A stretch of DNA of 64,000 bases, from the NCBI GenBank assembly GCA_965222115.1, contig CBDCTJ010000007.1, positions 1,920,001 through 1,984,000 on the forward strand. Reading direction: 5' to 3'. Positions 15,791 through 26,490 of the stretch are shown piece after piece. Position 1 is the stretch's first letter. Every line of letters starts with the position of its first letter. The translations under genes and the position numbers were made by a program. The DNA comes from Planctomycetota bacterium (GTDB lineage: Bacteria; Planctomycetota; PLA2; JAEUHO01). The notes below the pieces were generated by a model. The model worked only from the letters and a program-made list of their open reading frames with translations. It was not told the origin of the DNA and did no database searches.

Positions 15791-18754
15791 TTGGCCTCCG
15801 AGAGCAGCAACAGTCCACGCCGTCGACGCGCTCGAAATGGGCGTCGAGGGCGCACGCGGCACACAGATTCTTCCACCACAAGTGAGCCCGACGCACCAGC
15901 GCCGACGCCCGCGCCACCTCCGAAGTCCAGGCCGGCCAGGGGCAATCGAGCGTCTCGCACCCGAGGCGCTCCGGTTCCGCTGCATGACGCACCCGACGCA
16001 CCGCCGCGCCTTTCAAATCGGGGCTCAAACCGCGCCAACGGGGAACGCAGTCCACGTCGAAGGGCTCGGCCCACATCACGTCGGCAGACCACGCGTCGAG
16101 CCGCAGAGCCATCCGAGCCAAAGGCGAAGCGCCCGCATCGTGTACGGAAGCGTGCTGTGGTCCGTCGTCGCGTCAAAGCCGAGCCCGACGTGGTTCCCTC
16201 GCGCGACGCGCCCATGCCCCCGACACGCGAAAAGCCCTCACGCCGACGTGAGTCGCGACGTTCCGGGCGCGGAGAACGCGGTTCGCTCAAGAAGGCACGA
16301 AACAAACGATCGCGAACCGATGACAGTCGTGAGCCAACCACCAGCAAGCGCAGTGGATCCCGAAAGAAGAAGAAGGGGGACAGTCGGCGCACGCGCGGCG
16401 GCCGCGAAGGGCGTGCGCGCGACGCGCGTCGTACAAGTGATCGACGACGCGAGGGCGCACGCGGTCGCGATCGCCATCGACGTCGCGACGCCTTTGATGG
16501 CAAGGCCATCGACATTGTGCCGCGCGCACCGAGTCCTGAGGACCAGCAACTGGAAAAAGTCTTGTTGGTCAATGCCGCAGACCGTGAAGAGGCTCGTATT
16601 GCCCTCGTAGTGGGCGGGCGTCTTGAAGAGATCTACGTTGAATCCACACGCGATCGATCCACGGCGGGCCACATTTATCGTGGGCGCATTCAAAACGTGG
16701 AAAAGGGTATCGGCGCAGCATTTGTGGATCTTGGACGCGGCGTAACGGGCTTTCTACACGTGTCGGATATGCCGGTCATTCGCGACGACGACACAGGCGC
16801 CACCACGAAAGACAACTCGCAGGGCACCACAGACAGCGACGCGCAAGAAGCCAACCCGACCGAGCAAGATGCACCGTCTCGCTCCGAGGCTAACGAGCCA
16901 CCCGAGCCGTCCGAACCTCTCGCGCTACACGAGCCACTTAGGGCGGGCGATGAGGTCATTGTTCAGATCACGCGGGATGGCATCGGTCGCAAAGGGCCTG
17001 CGCTTACCGGGCGCATCTCTCTGCCGGGTCGCTATCTCGTCTTGCTTCCCTACGCCGGTCGTTCCGGTATTTCGCGCCGTATTCCCCAAGGTCGTGAACG
17101 GCAACGCATGCGCAAGCTGTTGCGCAAACTTGATGTGCCGGGAGGCATGGGCGTGATTGTGCGCACCGCAAGCGAATCCACCGACCTCGCCGCATTGCAG
17201 GCCGACTTGGCGCACTTGGTGGACGAGTGGTCGCGGATTCAAGAACGTGCGGCCGAGCCCGGTCCACCCGGCGTGTTGCGTGCGGAAAGCAATCTTGCCG
17301 AGCGCAGCGTGCGCGACATTATGCCGAGTGACGTGACGCGCATTGTTGTGGACCGCGGCGAAACCGCTGGCCAAATGCATCGATTATTGCGCACGTGGTA
17401 CCCGTCGGCCGCCGCGGCGGCGGAAGAGGTGTCAAAGGTCGCTGCGCGCACCGTGTCCGCTTCGGCATTTACACCGCTCGGTGAGCTATCACCCACCGGC
17501 GAAGCCCTGGCGACCTCCGTGGGTGCTGCGCCCGATGCCACCGAAGACGAAACGCTGAGCGAAGTCGAAGGAGAGTGGGAGGAGGAATCGCATCCAGGTG
17601 CGAATGGGCTCGAGCCCATCGAGTTGAAAGACGACGAGCGTGTTGCGGATGAATGGGACGACTCCGAACTCGTGGATGACGACGACGATCATCATGAAGA
17701 TCTCGACGACGATGACGACGAGGATCACGATGTCGATGAGTACGACGAAGATGTCGATGACGACGAAGACGAAGAAGACCTGGAAGATGATGACGACGAC
17801 GACCACGACCATGAAGACGAAGACGATCACGTAGCTGAGTCCGAAGAGTCGCCCTCGCTACAATCCGCTCCCGACGGTGAAGTTGAAGACGAAGAACTTG
17901 AGGACGCAGTCCAAATCGATGTCGAGTCTGAGGTCGCGTCCAATGAAGAGGATGAGGAGGATCCGGCCGCCCGCATTGAACGCCTTCGCGCATTGGCCCG
18001 TTCCATGCCCGACGTTGAGATCCACACCGATCCCATGCCGCTGTTCCATGCCTACAACATCGAGACGCAGTTGGAAGAGGCCTTCCGTCGCACGGTGCGT
18101 CTGCCGTCGGGCGGTTCGCTCGTCTTTGATCCCACCGAGGCGCTCTTTGCCATCGACGTCAACAGCGGTCGTCTGACCGACGCTGAAGATCCCGAACGCA
18201 CCGCGCTCGTTACAAACTTGGAGGCCGTGGCCGAGGTCGCGCGTCAGCTTCGTTTGCGAGACCGCGGGGGGCTTGTGGTGATCGACTTTATCGACATGCG
18301 CATGCGCAGTTCGCGTCGAAAGGTCGAAGTTGCGCTGCGTGAAGCCCTTTCGAAAGACCGCGCGCGCATTCGCTTGGGTCGCATGGGCCCCTTCGGCTTA
18401 GTGATTTTGTCTCGTCAGCGCATTCGCCAAGCGCTTTCCCGCGTCACGCACACATCGTGTACCGCGTGTCATGGCACCGGTCGCCGGCGTCATGTATCCG
18501 GGCTGGGCTTGCGGATTCTGCGCGAAATGGAAGCGCGTGTGGCACGGGCCCGCGGTCGGGGCGGTCTCGAAGTGCGGGCACCGCAGGAAGTCTTGCAATG
18601 GCTCAAGAAGCATCGCGCGGGAGCGCTGCGTGCGTTGCGGGCCGAGGCGCGAGGGCCTCTTGAACTTGTGTCGGATAGCCGATTGGCCGTGGATGGTTGG
18701 GCCATGAAGGGCATTGCCAACACCGAGCCGTCGGGAAAGCCTGACAAAACGTAG
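15791..18754 (+). CDS. rne: Ribonuclease E/G family protein with an Arg-rich N-terminal tail and an acidic internal insertion
   Basis: S1 GHIYRGRIQNVEKGIGAAFVDLG, KGPALTGRISLPGRYLV, DNase-I-like IDVNSG and IDFIDM, Zn-link CTACHGTG. TTG start uncertain. Confidence 0.92.
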   Translation: MASESSNSPRRRRARNGRRGRTRHTDSSTTSEPDAPAPTPAPPPKSRPARGNRASRTRGAPVPLHDAPDAPPRLSNRGSNRANGERSPRRRARPTSRRQTTRRAAEPSEPKAKRPHRVRKRAVVRRRVKAEPDVVPSRDAPMPPTREKPSRRRESRRSGRGERGSLKKARNKRSRTDDSREPTTSKRSGSRKKKKGDSRRTRGGREGRARDARRTSDRRREGARGRDRHRRRDAFDGKAIDIVPRAPSPEDQQLEKVLLVNAADREEARIALVVGGRLEEIYVESTRDRSTAGHIYRGRIQNVEKGIGAAFVDLGRGVTGFLHVSDMPVIRDDDTGATTKDNSQGTTDSDAQEANPTEQDAPSRSEANEPPEPSEPLALHEPLRAGDEVIVQITRDGIGRKGPALTGRISLPGRYLVLLPYAGRSGISRRIPQGRERQRMRKLLRKLDVPGGMGVIVRTASESTDLAALQADLAHLVDEWSRIQERAAEPGPPGVLRAESNLAERSVRDIMPSDVTRIVVDRGETAGQMHRLLRTWYPSAAAAAEEVSKVAARTVSASAFTPLGELSPTGEALATSVGAAPDATEDETLSEVEGEWEEESHPGANGLEPIELKDDERVADEWDDSELVDDDDDHHEDLDDDDDEDHDVDEYDEDVDDDEDEEDLEDDDDDDHDHEDEDDHVAESEESPSLQSAPDGEVEDEELEDAVQIDVESEVASNEEDEEDPAARIERLRALARSMPDVEIHTDPMPLFHAYNIETQLEEAFRRTVRLPSGGSLVFDPTEALFAIDVNSGRLTDAEDPERTALVTNLEAVAEVARQLRLRDRGGLVVIDFIDMRMRSSRRKVEVALREALSKDRARIRLGRMGPFGLVILSRQRIRQALSRVTHTSCTACHGTGRRRHVSGLGLRILREMEARVARARGRGGLEVRAPQEVLQWLKKHRAGALRALRAEARGPLELVSDSRLAVDGWAMKGIANTEPSGKPDKT

Positions 18755-18949
18755 CATTTGGCCCACCCGCCCCCGTGGATCGGGTGGGTTTCGTTTCTGC
18801 CCTTCATTGCGGAGGGCCCGCGGGGCCGCTATGGTCTCGGCCCGTATCTCATGAGTCGCGCGTGCGAAGCTCAGGCGTCGTGTATGTGCCCTCCGCGTGG
18901 CCCGCCCACGAGCAAATCCAGTTTGACCTGTTCCGTAGGAATCCGTCCC

Positions 18950-19258
18950 ATGTATGCGATCGTGAATGACCGAGGCAAGCAGTACATGGTCCACGAAGGC
19001 GATCGCCTTTGGATCGATCGTATTGATGCTGAACCCGGTTCCAGCATTTCCTTTGACCAGGTCATGGTGGTAGGCGGCGATAGCGGCGTGCGCGTGGGTC
19101 GGCCCACCGTGGACGGCGCGTCCGTCAGTGCGACCGTGGTCGCCGAGCGCAAAGATAAGAAGATTGTCGTCTTCAAGAAGAAGCGCCGCAAGATGTACCG
19201 CCGCAAGCAGGGCCATCGTCAACGATATACAGAAATCGAAGTCGGAACCATCGCGTAG
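18950..19258 (+). CDS. rplU: 50S ribosomal protein L21
   Basis: MYAIVNDRGKQY...KKKRRKMYRRKQGHRQRYT. Confidence 0.98.
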   Translation: MYAIVNDRGKQYMVHEGDRLWIDRIDAEPGSSISFDQVMVVGGDSGVRVGRPTVDGASVSATVVAERKDKKIVVFKKKRRKMYRRKQGHRQRYTEIEVGTIA

Positions 19259-19331
19259 CCCGGACTCGAACCATTGAGATCGATGTTCACGAGGCCCACG
19301 ATTTCCAAGGGGCCCAACAGGAGTACCAGTT

Positions 19332-19577
19332 ATGGCGCATAAGAAGGGTCAAGGTTCGTGTCGCAACGGACGCGACAGCAATGCCAAGTCCCGCGGCATC
19401 AAGAAGTACGCCGGGGAAACGGTTCGTGCAGGCAATATCTTGGTTCGGCAAGTTGGATCGCGTTTCAAGCCCGGCCACGGTGTGGGCATGGGCAACGACT
19501 ATACGCTTTTTGCGCTGCGTGACGGTGTTGTTGAATACCAAACCAACAAGCGCGTTCATATTCGCGAGCTGAGTTAG
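19332..19577 (+). CDS. rpmA: 50S ribosomal protein L27
   Basis: [29 protein letters not shown]; SD AGGAG. Confidence 0.98.
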   Translation: MAHKKGQGSCRNGRDSNAKSRGIKKYAGETVRAGNILVRQVGSRFKPGHGVGMGNDYTLFALRDGVVEYQTNKRVHIRELS

Positions 19578-19661
19578 CCGCGTCCGTCGATCGACGCGGT
19601 TCATAGGCCGTGCGCGTGCGAATCCTCGGTGCGACACACGGTGTTCTTGTAGGCTTGTTTC

Positions 19662-20690
19662 TTGTTTATTGACGAACGACGCATCCGTGTGCGCTCTGGG
19701 AATGGCGGCCACGGCATTGTGGCTTGGCGAAGAGAACGCCGCGTGCCGCGTGGGGGACCCGCCGGTGGCGATGGGGGGCGTGGGGGCGACGTTGTGCTCG
19801 TTGCCGACGTACAGATGACGACCTTTGCCGACATGCAGGACGTGCGTGTGGTCAAGGCGGGAAACGGTGAATCGGGAAGCGGTAACAAGTGCCACGGGGC
19901 CGGTGCAGACGACACCATTCTTCGCGTCCCCGTGGGCACCACGGTTTACGTGGAACCCTCCGGCAACAAACTCGTGGACTTTGTCGAGGACGGCCAGACG
20001 TACGTCGTAGCTCGTGGCGGGCGCGGAGGTCGCGGAAATGCGCGCTTTGCAACAGCGACAGATCAAGCGCCCACGCACCACACGAAGGGTCGACCCGGTC
20101 GTGAGCGTACGCTACGACTGGAACTGCGGCTCCTCGCCGACGTGGGATTGGTCGGACTGCCCAACGCGGGCAAGAGCACCTTGCTTTCGCGCGTGTCGGC
20201 GGCCACGCCGCGGGTGGCCGACTATCCGTTTACGACGCTCGTTCCCCATCTCGGCATTGTGGAGATCGACCGCACGCGTTTTGTGATGGCCGATCTTCCG
20301 GGGTTGATTGAAGGCGCCCATGCGGGCAGCGGGTTGGGCGACCGATTTCTGCGGCACATTGAACGCACCCGCGTGCTTCTACACCTCGTGGATCCCCTGC
20401 CCGGCGATGGATCGAATCCGATTGAGAACTATTTGGCGATTCGAGGCGAACTCTTGGCTTACGACCCCGCGCTCGCGGAGCGCCCGGAGATCCTCGTGGC
20501 CACCAAAATGGACCTCTACCCCGAAATCGTCGCGGGTGGCGGGAAGGGCGATGATCCGATCACGGAGACCTTGAGGGAACTGGCGGCGCGTGCCGATAGG
20601 AGGGTGTTTCCTATTTCGGCCGCGTCTGGAATTGGCGTTCGCGGAATGCTCCGCGAAGTCGCCAAGGTGCTCGCGGCGACACGGGAATAG
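19662..20690 (+). CDS. obgE: GTPase ObgE/CgtA
   Basis: Gly-rich Obg fold GGPAGGDGGRGG, G1 GLPNAGKST, YPFTTL, DLPG, TKMD; TTG start; rplU-rpmA-obg synteny. Confidence 0.97.
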   Translation: MFIDERRIRVRSGNGGHGIVAWRRERRVPRGGPAGGDGGRGGDVVLVADVQMTTFADMQDVRVVKAGNGESGSGNKCHGAGADDTILRVPVGTTVYVEPSGNKLVDFVEDGQTYVVARGGRGGRGNARFATATDQAPTHHTKGRPGRERTLRLELRLLADVGLVGLPNAGKSTLLSRVSAATPRVADYPFTTLVPHLGIVEIDRTRFVMADLPGLIEGAHAGSGLGDRFLRHIERTRVLLHLVDPLPGDGSNPIENYLAIRGELLAYDPALAERPEILVATKMDLYPEIVAGGGKGDDPITETLRELAARADRRVFPISAASGIGVRGMLREVAKVLAATRE

Positions 20691-20765
20691 AGGACGCTTC
20701 GAGCCGCTGGACCTTCGGTGGATTCGACGGGCGACCTCCAATTTTTGCACGTTTCGGGGCCCACC

Positions 20766-21992
20766 ATGCTCGACGAGATCTTGATCCACTTCAAAGTGAT
20801 GGTGAAAGAACGCGCGTCCGACCTATTCCTGCGCGCGGGGTACCGTCCCGCGTCGCGCATCGACGGCGTGATTCGGTTTCTCTCCGATCAGATTGTGACC
20901 GAGGAACAGGCCGACGCGTTGCTCAATCACATTCTTGCGCCCAAGGACGTGGATGACTTCGAGCGGAGGAAGGAAAAGGACACCGCGTTCGTGGTGCCCG
21001 GCGTGGGTCGCTTCCGTTGCAACATTCTCCGTCAGCGTCAGCGCCTCGCATTCGTCTTTCGCCACGTGCAGGAATCTATTCCGCCCATGGAGGCCTTGCA
21101 CCTTCCGGTAAAGCCCATTCAGTCGCTCGCCATGAAAGAACGTGGTCTCATCTTGGTCACCGGCACAACGGGTTCCGGTAAATCCACCACGCTCGCGTCG
21201 ATGATCGACTACATGAATCAGCGCGTGGCACGCCACATTGTGACCGTTGAAGATCCGATGGAGTTTGTGTTCCACGACAACAAATGCGCCATCATGCAAC
21301 GTGAAGTGGGCATCGATACGCTCGATTACCCCTCGGCACTCAAGGGTGTTGTGCGTCAGAGCCCCGACGTGATTCTGATTGGTGAAATGCGCGATGCCGA
21401 GACGGTGTCGGCGGCGCTGAGCGCTGCGGAAACAGGTCATTTGGTCATGTCCACCTTGCACACCATCAATGCGGTGCAGACCGTTGAACGTATCATTAGC
21501 TTCTTCCCGCCCCATCAACACGACACGATTCGCTTGCAGCTCTCCATGACGTTGCAGGGGGTCGTCAGCCAACGTCTACTCACGCGTCGCGCTGCGCCGG
21601 GTCGTGTACCTGCGATTGAAATCTTGTTGGGTACGCCCACGGTGCGTGAAATGGTGCTAGAGGGGCGCACCCTTGAGTTGGCCGATGCACTGGAAGAGGG
21701 TCACAAGTATTACGGCAGCCAGAGCTTCAATCAGAGCTTGGTGGCGCTGCTTCGCGAAGGCGTGATTGACATTGACGACGCTATGGCCGCGGCCGACAGC
21801 CCCGACGAACTCAACCTCGTTCTGCGCGGCATCTCCAAGGGAACGAGCAATCTCGACGCCACGCCCACGAGCGGCGCCAAACCCGCCGAAGGCGAGTCGA
21901 AAATCCGCCACGGGTTTGAGGGTGCGACGAAGACGCCGGCCGCTTCGGGCAGCCGTTCGAGTTCAAAGTCGGGCACCTGGGGATCCTCGTAA
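20766..21992 (+). CDS. pilT: PilT/PilU-family type IV pilus retraction ATPase
   Basis: ASDLFL, GRFRCN, Walker A GTTGSGKST, TVEDPMEF, Walker B ILIGEMRD, His box TLHT; AIRNLIRE replaced by TVREMVLE, so it may be PilU-like. Confidence 0.9.
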   Translation: MLDEILIHFKVMVKERASDLFLRAGYRPASRIDGVIRFLSDQIVTEEQADALLNHILAPKDVDDFERRKEKDTAFVVPGVGRFRCNILRQRQRLAFVFRHVQESIPPMEALHLPVKPIQSLAMKERGLILVTGTTGSGKSTTLASMIDYMNQRVARHIVTVEDPMEFVFHDNKCAIMQREVGIDTLDYPSALKGVVRQSPDVILIGEMRDAETVSAALSAAETGHLVMSTLHTINAVQTVERIISFFPPHQHDTIRLQLSMTLQGVVSQRLLTRRAAPGRVPAIEILLGTPTVREMVLEGRTLELADALEEGHKYYGSQSFNQSLVALLREGVIDIDDAMAAADSPDELNLVLRGISKGTSNLDATPTSGAKPAEGESKIRHGFEGATKTPAASGSRSSSKSGTWGSS

Positions 21993-22239
21993 CACGAGTT
22001 CCGCACGGTACGGCCTTCTCATAATGCCTAACGCACTCTCGAATCGTCTGGCGTCCGTCCCACATTTGGAAAGCCGCTGCGCGTAGAAGTCGTCCAAGGG
22101 GAGATTGCGACGACAACCAAGGAAGCGTAGGGATCCCGCCCCCGGTGGTATTCTGCTCCCCGTGACGCGCCGCGCTATACATGCTGTTCGGCCCACGTCA
22201 TGTGACCGCGTGACATGAGGCCAGGAGTGAGTTCACACC

Positions 22240-23580
22240 ATGAGCAAAGCAATCAAGCCCCACACCATGCGACGTGGATTTTGGTTACTCAACCTCGCAC
22301 TCATTGCTGGCGTGGGGTACCTCGGCTATCAGTTCTTCACCAAGACGCGACCGGCTGTTGCCAGTGTGATCAACCGCAAGTCAAAGAAGTTGCCCAAGCC
22401 GTATCAGAAGCAGGTCAACGCCTATGCGCGTGCCTCCAAGAGTCTCGACTGGAAGCCGCGTCCACCGGTTATGAATGCTGAACTCGAAAAAGTCATTCTT
22501 CGCAAGGACTATGAAGAGCGCAATCACTGGATCTTTTCCGGTCCGATGCCTCCGAAGGACAAGCCTGAAGTCATATCGGATCCTGTGAAGCCGAAAGGCC
22601 CAAGGGGCCTCGCCGCAATCGGTCGCGTTGTGATGGCGACCTACATTCCCGGCAATCACTCGATCGTTTTCAGGTTTGGCAAAGGTGGTCCGCCCGCCGC
22701 AACAAAGTCAGCGCCGGGCAAGGCGCCGAAAGCGCCTCCCGGCAACACCGGCACGTTTACGCAGGGTGAGTTCATTCGCGAAACTCCGGAAGCCGCAAAG
22801 CGCTTCAAGTTTATCGACCTTGTGCGTGTCAACGACAAGCTCGGCGTGTTCAACGTCGTGTACGACGTGCATGACACATCCAGTGGCGAACGCGTCGAAG
22901 AGCGCAAGATGTACCTCTATGACACCAACCCACCGGATGATGACAGCGGTATTATTGTTTTCGCCGGCGACGCAGCAAAGCGTGCTGCCGCAAAGGTGGC
23001 GGCTGAAGGCCAGAATGGTGAGGGCACGGCCGGGGAGGGCGGCACGGGAGAGGCAGGCGAGGGCGAAACTACCGAAGCCGTTAGCGAAACGCCTACGGAT
23101 GTCGGCACGACGAAACCCGTTGAGAGCGACACCTATGTTGTGGCCGATTTGCGGCCACAGGATCTGCGACCCAAGCGTCACAATCTCGTGGGCGGGCGCA
23201 AGGGCATTGCCTTTGACAAGCGCACCTTCGACTATTTCCGCGGCAAGAATGCCAAGAAGGTCGCCGAGTCCATCAAGACCGAAATTGCACGGGATCCCAA
23301 GACGGGTACCACGTTGGGTTTGCGGTTTACGGGCTTCGGCAAAGACTCTCCCGCCGATGTATTCGATGTTAAGCGCGGCGACATCTTAGTGTCGATCAAT
23401 GGCCAGCGCGTGGCCAGCCGGGCCGACGTTATGGGCCTCATTGATCGCCTCAAGAACGCAAAGACTGTTGAAGTCGTACTCGACCGACTTGGCAAAAGAG
23501 TCACCTACATGGTTGACCCCAGCGATCCCCGCACCCGCCGCGAAGCGCGCTATTTGACTCAATTTGCGGAGCAAGAGTAG
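22240..23580 (+). CDS. Membrane-anchored PDZ protein, GspC-like architecture
   Basis: N-terminal TM (FWLLNLALIAGVGYLGY); C-terminal PDZ GLRFTGFGKDSPADVFDVKRGDILVSING; SD AGGAG. Confidence 0.6.
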   Translation: MSKAIKPHTMRRGFWLLNLALIAGVGYLGYQFFTKTRPAVASVINRKSKKLPKPYQKQVNAYARASKSLDWKPRPPVMNAELEKVILRKDYEERNHWIFSGPMPPKDKPEVISDPVKPKGPRGLAAIGRVVMATYIPGNHSIVFRFGKGGPPAATKSAPGKAPKAPPGNTGTFTQGEFIRETPEAAKRFKFIDLVRVNDKLGVFNVVYDVHDTSSGERVEERKMYLYDTNPPDDDSGIIVFAGDAAKRAAAKVAAEGQNGEGTAGEGGTGEAGEGETTEAVSETPTDVGTTKPVESDTYVVADLRPQDLRPKRHNLVGGRKGIAFDKRTFDYFRGKNAKKVAESIKTEIARDPKTGTTLGLRFTGFGKDSPADVFDVKRGDILVSINGQRVASRADVMGLIDRLKNAKTVEVVLDRLGKRVTYMVDPSDPRTRREARYLTQFAEQE

Positions 23581-23761
23581 AGTACGAGCTGAGCAAGAAT
23601 AGCGGACGCGCGCGGAGCACGAGTCGCCAACGCGCGGTCGACGAGCAATACATTTAGGCGAGTAACGCGGTGCGCGAATCTCGCGTCACGACGTCGGACC
23701 ATTCCGCGACTCCCTTCCATCTACGGCTACCTTGCGCGAGACGAAACGCGCGAGGAACGCC

Positions 23762-24523
23762 ATGGCCGCACCCGATCTCGATCTCATTCTGGTCGTCGAC
23801 GTAGGCAACAGCGGTGCCAAATTGGGGGCTGTGCGCGGTGACACCGTAGCGGGACCTGTACGGCTGCCACGCGCCGATGGTCGTGCCGTGGGGGATATGG
23901 CCAAACCCATGCTGCAGGGACGCAAAGCCGTCGTTGCCATCGCTGGAAGCGATCCCAAGAAAGTCGAAGGTCTTGCCTGGGAAGTGCGCAAGCTCGCATT
24001 GGGTACGTGCGTAAACGTGGATGCCAATCATCCCGGCATTCCCGCGGCGAAGGTCGATCAACCTCACAAGGCGGGCGTGGATCGTCGGGTTCAAGCGTTG
24101 GCCGCCGTGAACATGGCCGGCGAAGCCAGCGTTGTCTTGTCGTGTGGCACCGCACTCACGATTGACTTGGCCGACGCTGACGGCGCCTTGCTCGGGGGCG
24201 CGATACTCCCCGGCGTTGGCCTTGGCGCTGTGTCGCTCGCTGAACGTACGGCCGCACTGCCGCGCGTTGATCTCAAAGGCGAGGTCAGTATGCCGGCAAA
24301 GAATACAGAAGAAGCGATTCGCACCGGTTTGTTGCTCGGCGCGGCGGGCGCCGTGGATCGGCTTCTGGCCCATGCTGACATCCCCGAATCGATGCCCGTT
24401 TACCTGACAGGATTTGATGCGGCGGCTTTGGCCCCCCACCTGAAACGCCCCGTTCGTTCGTCACCGGGGTTGGGTATGTACGGCGTGGCTTTGGCCGTGC
24501 GTGCGGCACCGCCAAGGCGGTAA
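23762..24523 (+). CDS. coaX: Type III pantothenate kinase
   Basis: VVDVGNS, AGVDR, CGTALTID, GGAILPG, NTEEAIRTG. Confidence 0.93.
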   Translation: MAAPDLDLILVVDVGNSGAKLGAVRGDTVAGPVRLPRADGRAVGDMAKPMLQGRKAVVAIAGSDPKKVEGLAWEVRKLALGTCVNVDANHPGIPAAKVDQPHKAGVDRRVQALAAVNMAGEASVVLSCGTALTIDLADADGALLGGAILPGVGLGAVSLAERTAALPRVDLKGEVSMPAKNTEEAIRTGLLLGAAGAVDRLLAHADIPESMPVYLTGFDAAALAPHLKRPVRSSPGLGMYGVALAVRAAPPRR

Positions 24524-24561
24524 AGCCTGATCAGTTCGGATCGAATCTACTCGGAGACAGC

Positions 24562-25953
24562 ATGGCGCGTTGGCACTTGATACAGAATGCAACCCGCGTG
24601 CTCGACACCACCCATGCCCTCGATCTCCGTGGTGTAGATCTCTGGATTCGAAACGGCACACTGATCGATGTGATAGCAAGCGGTTCGGACGCCCCTGCAT
24701 TGCTCAAGCCCGATGATGAACTTCACATCGTGGACGCACACGGCTTGCTCGTTACGCCGCGGTTTATGGACATTCATGTGCATTTTCGTGAGCCGGGAAA
24801 CGAGGACGCGGAAACGCTGGCGACGGGACGCAGGGCGGGATTGCGCGGCGGCTACGGGTGTGTGTTCACTATGGCGAACACCACGCCGGTCTGCGATGAA
24901 CCGGGCCTTGTGGAACGAACCGTAAACGCACCCATGGGCGACGATCCGTGTGACGTGGTTCCTGTGTCGGCCCTCAGTCGGGGGCTACGAGGTAGTGAAC
25001 TCGTTGACTTGGAGGCTATGGCTGCGGCAGGGGCCGGCGCGTTTAGTGATGACGGCACGTGGTTGGCCGATCGAATGTTGGCGCGCCAGGCCTTTCAGTG
25101 GGCGGCGAAGAACAACGTTTTGATCATGCAACACTGCGAGGACTTCGAGGTTACGGGGCCGGGCGTACTGCACGCGTGTTCATGTACTCACACTGCGGAC
25201 ATTCCCGGTATTGATCGCCGCGCCGAAGACAAGGCCGTGGCCGCCGATATCGCGTTGGCCGAGGAGACGCACGCAGCGTTTCATGTGTGCCACATTTCCA
25301 CCGAAGGCGCCGTGAAGGCGTTGCGGGCCGGTCGTGAACGTGGGCTTTCCGTTACCGGTGAAGTTACGCCGCATCATTTGCTTTTGACCGCGGACGACGC
25401 CGTTGCCGGGGGTGTGGATTTCAAAATGAAGCCACCACTACGTGAATCAAACGATGTAGACGCATTGATTGACGCTTTGCAAGATGGGACCATTGAGGCG
25501 ATCGCAACCGATCACGCGCCTCACACCGACGCGAGCAAAGCCGGCGGCCTGCTGCGCGCCCCCTTTGGTGCCATCGGCCTTGAGACAGCGTTCCCGTCGC
25601 TCTATACGGGGCTGGTCAAGACGGGTCGGTTGGATCTTGAACGGCTCGTTTCTGGGCTCACCACAGGTCCCGCGCGCATCGTGGGTCGTGACGTCCCTCT
25701 CATTGCCGTGGGCGAGGCATTCGACGCGAATCTGATCGATCTGGAGCACGAGGAAGCCGTCGATCGCGACCTGCTTGCCTCAAGGAGCAAAAATTGCCCA
25801 TTTCATGGCCTGACGCTCATCGGCTGGCCGGTGGCGTCCTTTTGCCGGGCCCAGCTCTTAGTCCATCGGCCCAGAATCAATGAGCGAATCCGCACCTACC
25901 ACAACGCGAACGAGCGTCTTGAGGGCGATTCTGGACCCCCCAAAACGACGTAA
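24562..25953 (+). CDS. pyrC: Dihydroorotase (type I)
   Basis: DIHVHFREPG, MANTTP, FSDDG, HVCHIST, EVTPHHL, KPPLR, TDHAPH. Confidence 0.93.
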   Translation: MARWHLIQNATRVLDTTHALDLRGVDLWIRNGTLIDVIASGSDAPALLKPDDELHIVDAHGLLVTPRFMDIHVHFREPGNEDAETLATGRRAGLRGGYGCVFTMANTTPVCDEPGLVERTVNAPMGDDPCDVVPVSALSRGLRGSELVDLEAMAAAGAGAFSDDGTWLADRMLARQAFQWAAKNNVLIMQHCEDFEVTGPGVLHACSCTHTADIPGIDRRAEDKAVAADIALAEETHAAFHVCHISTEGAVKALRAGRERGLSVTGEVTPHHLLLTADDAVAGGVDFKMKPPLRESNDVDALIDALQDGTIEAIATDHAPHTDASKAGGLLRAPFGAIGLETAFPSLYTGLVKTGRLDLERLVSGLTTGPARIVGRDVPLIAVGEAFDANLIDLEHEEAVDRDLLASRSKNCPFHGLTLIGWPVASFCRAQLLVHRPRINERIRTYHNANERLEGDSGPPKTT

Positions 25954-26490
25954 GTTCCCTCAAAAAATGGTGTTGGGATCAACGACCGCTAAAAATTGTA
26001 ATGGAATGATGTTTGCGATTCTTCCCTCGCCGGAATCGGTCCCGCCCGCGGCGGGAGACTGCTGCTAGCGAGCGCCGTTTGTTTGGTGTTCGTCTCGCAA
26101 ACATATTGATTTCGGTTCGGTGTCGAATTTGAGGCAGTGGCGGTGCCGCTGCTATTTCGGTCGGTTTGTCAGTTAGAGCGGGTTCGGTCGTGACTGCGTC
26201 CAATATCCGCTTTACGGTTGACCGGCGCGTCCGTAAGTTAGGAGCGTTCAAAGGTTAGGAAAGTCCAGCGATCCGGATTCTTTGCGGTCCAGGGTCGTGG
26301 GGCGGGTTTTCGGTTGCGGGACGTTTACAAACACGGATTCACAAAGACAAGGGTTGGCTGAGCGCTGAGAACGAGTTTGTCGCGCTATCGAGTCAACGCC
26401 TTTGATTCACGAGAGTTTTTGGAAAGCAAGATCCCCTAAGAGCACATGCGTATCGCGAGCGCGTGAAGGTTGCGGGGTGAGGAGCTGCAG

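Noticed and set aside
15694-16610. Long alternative-frame and antisense ORFs (also 40140-40907, 49902-50681, 56876-57754)
   Set aside because: Shadow ORFs expected in GC-rich coding DNA; no recognisable motifs.
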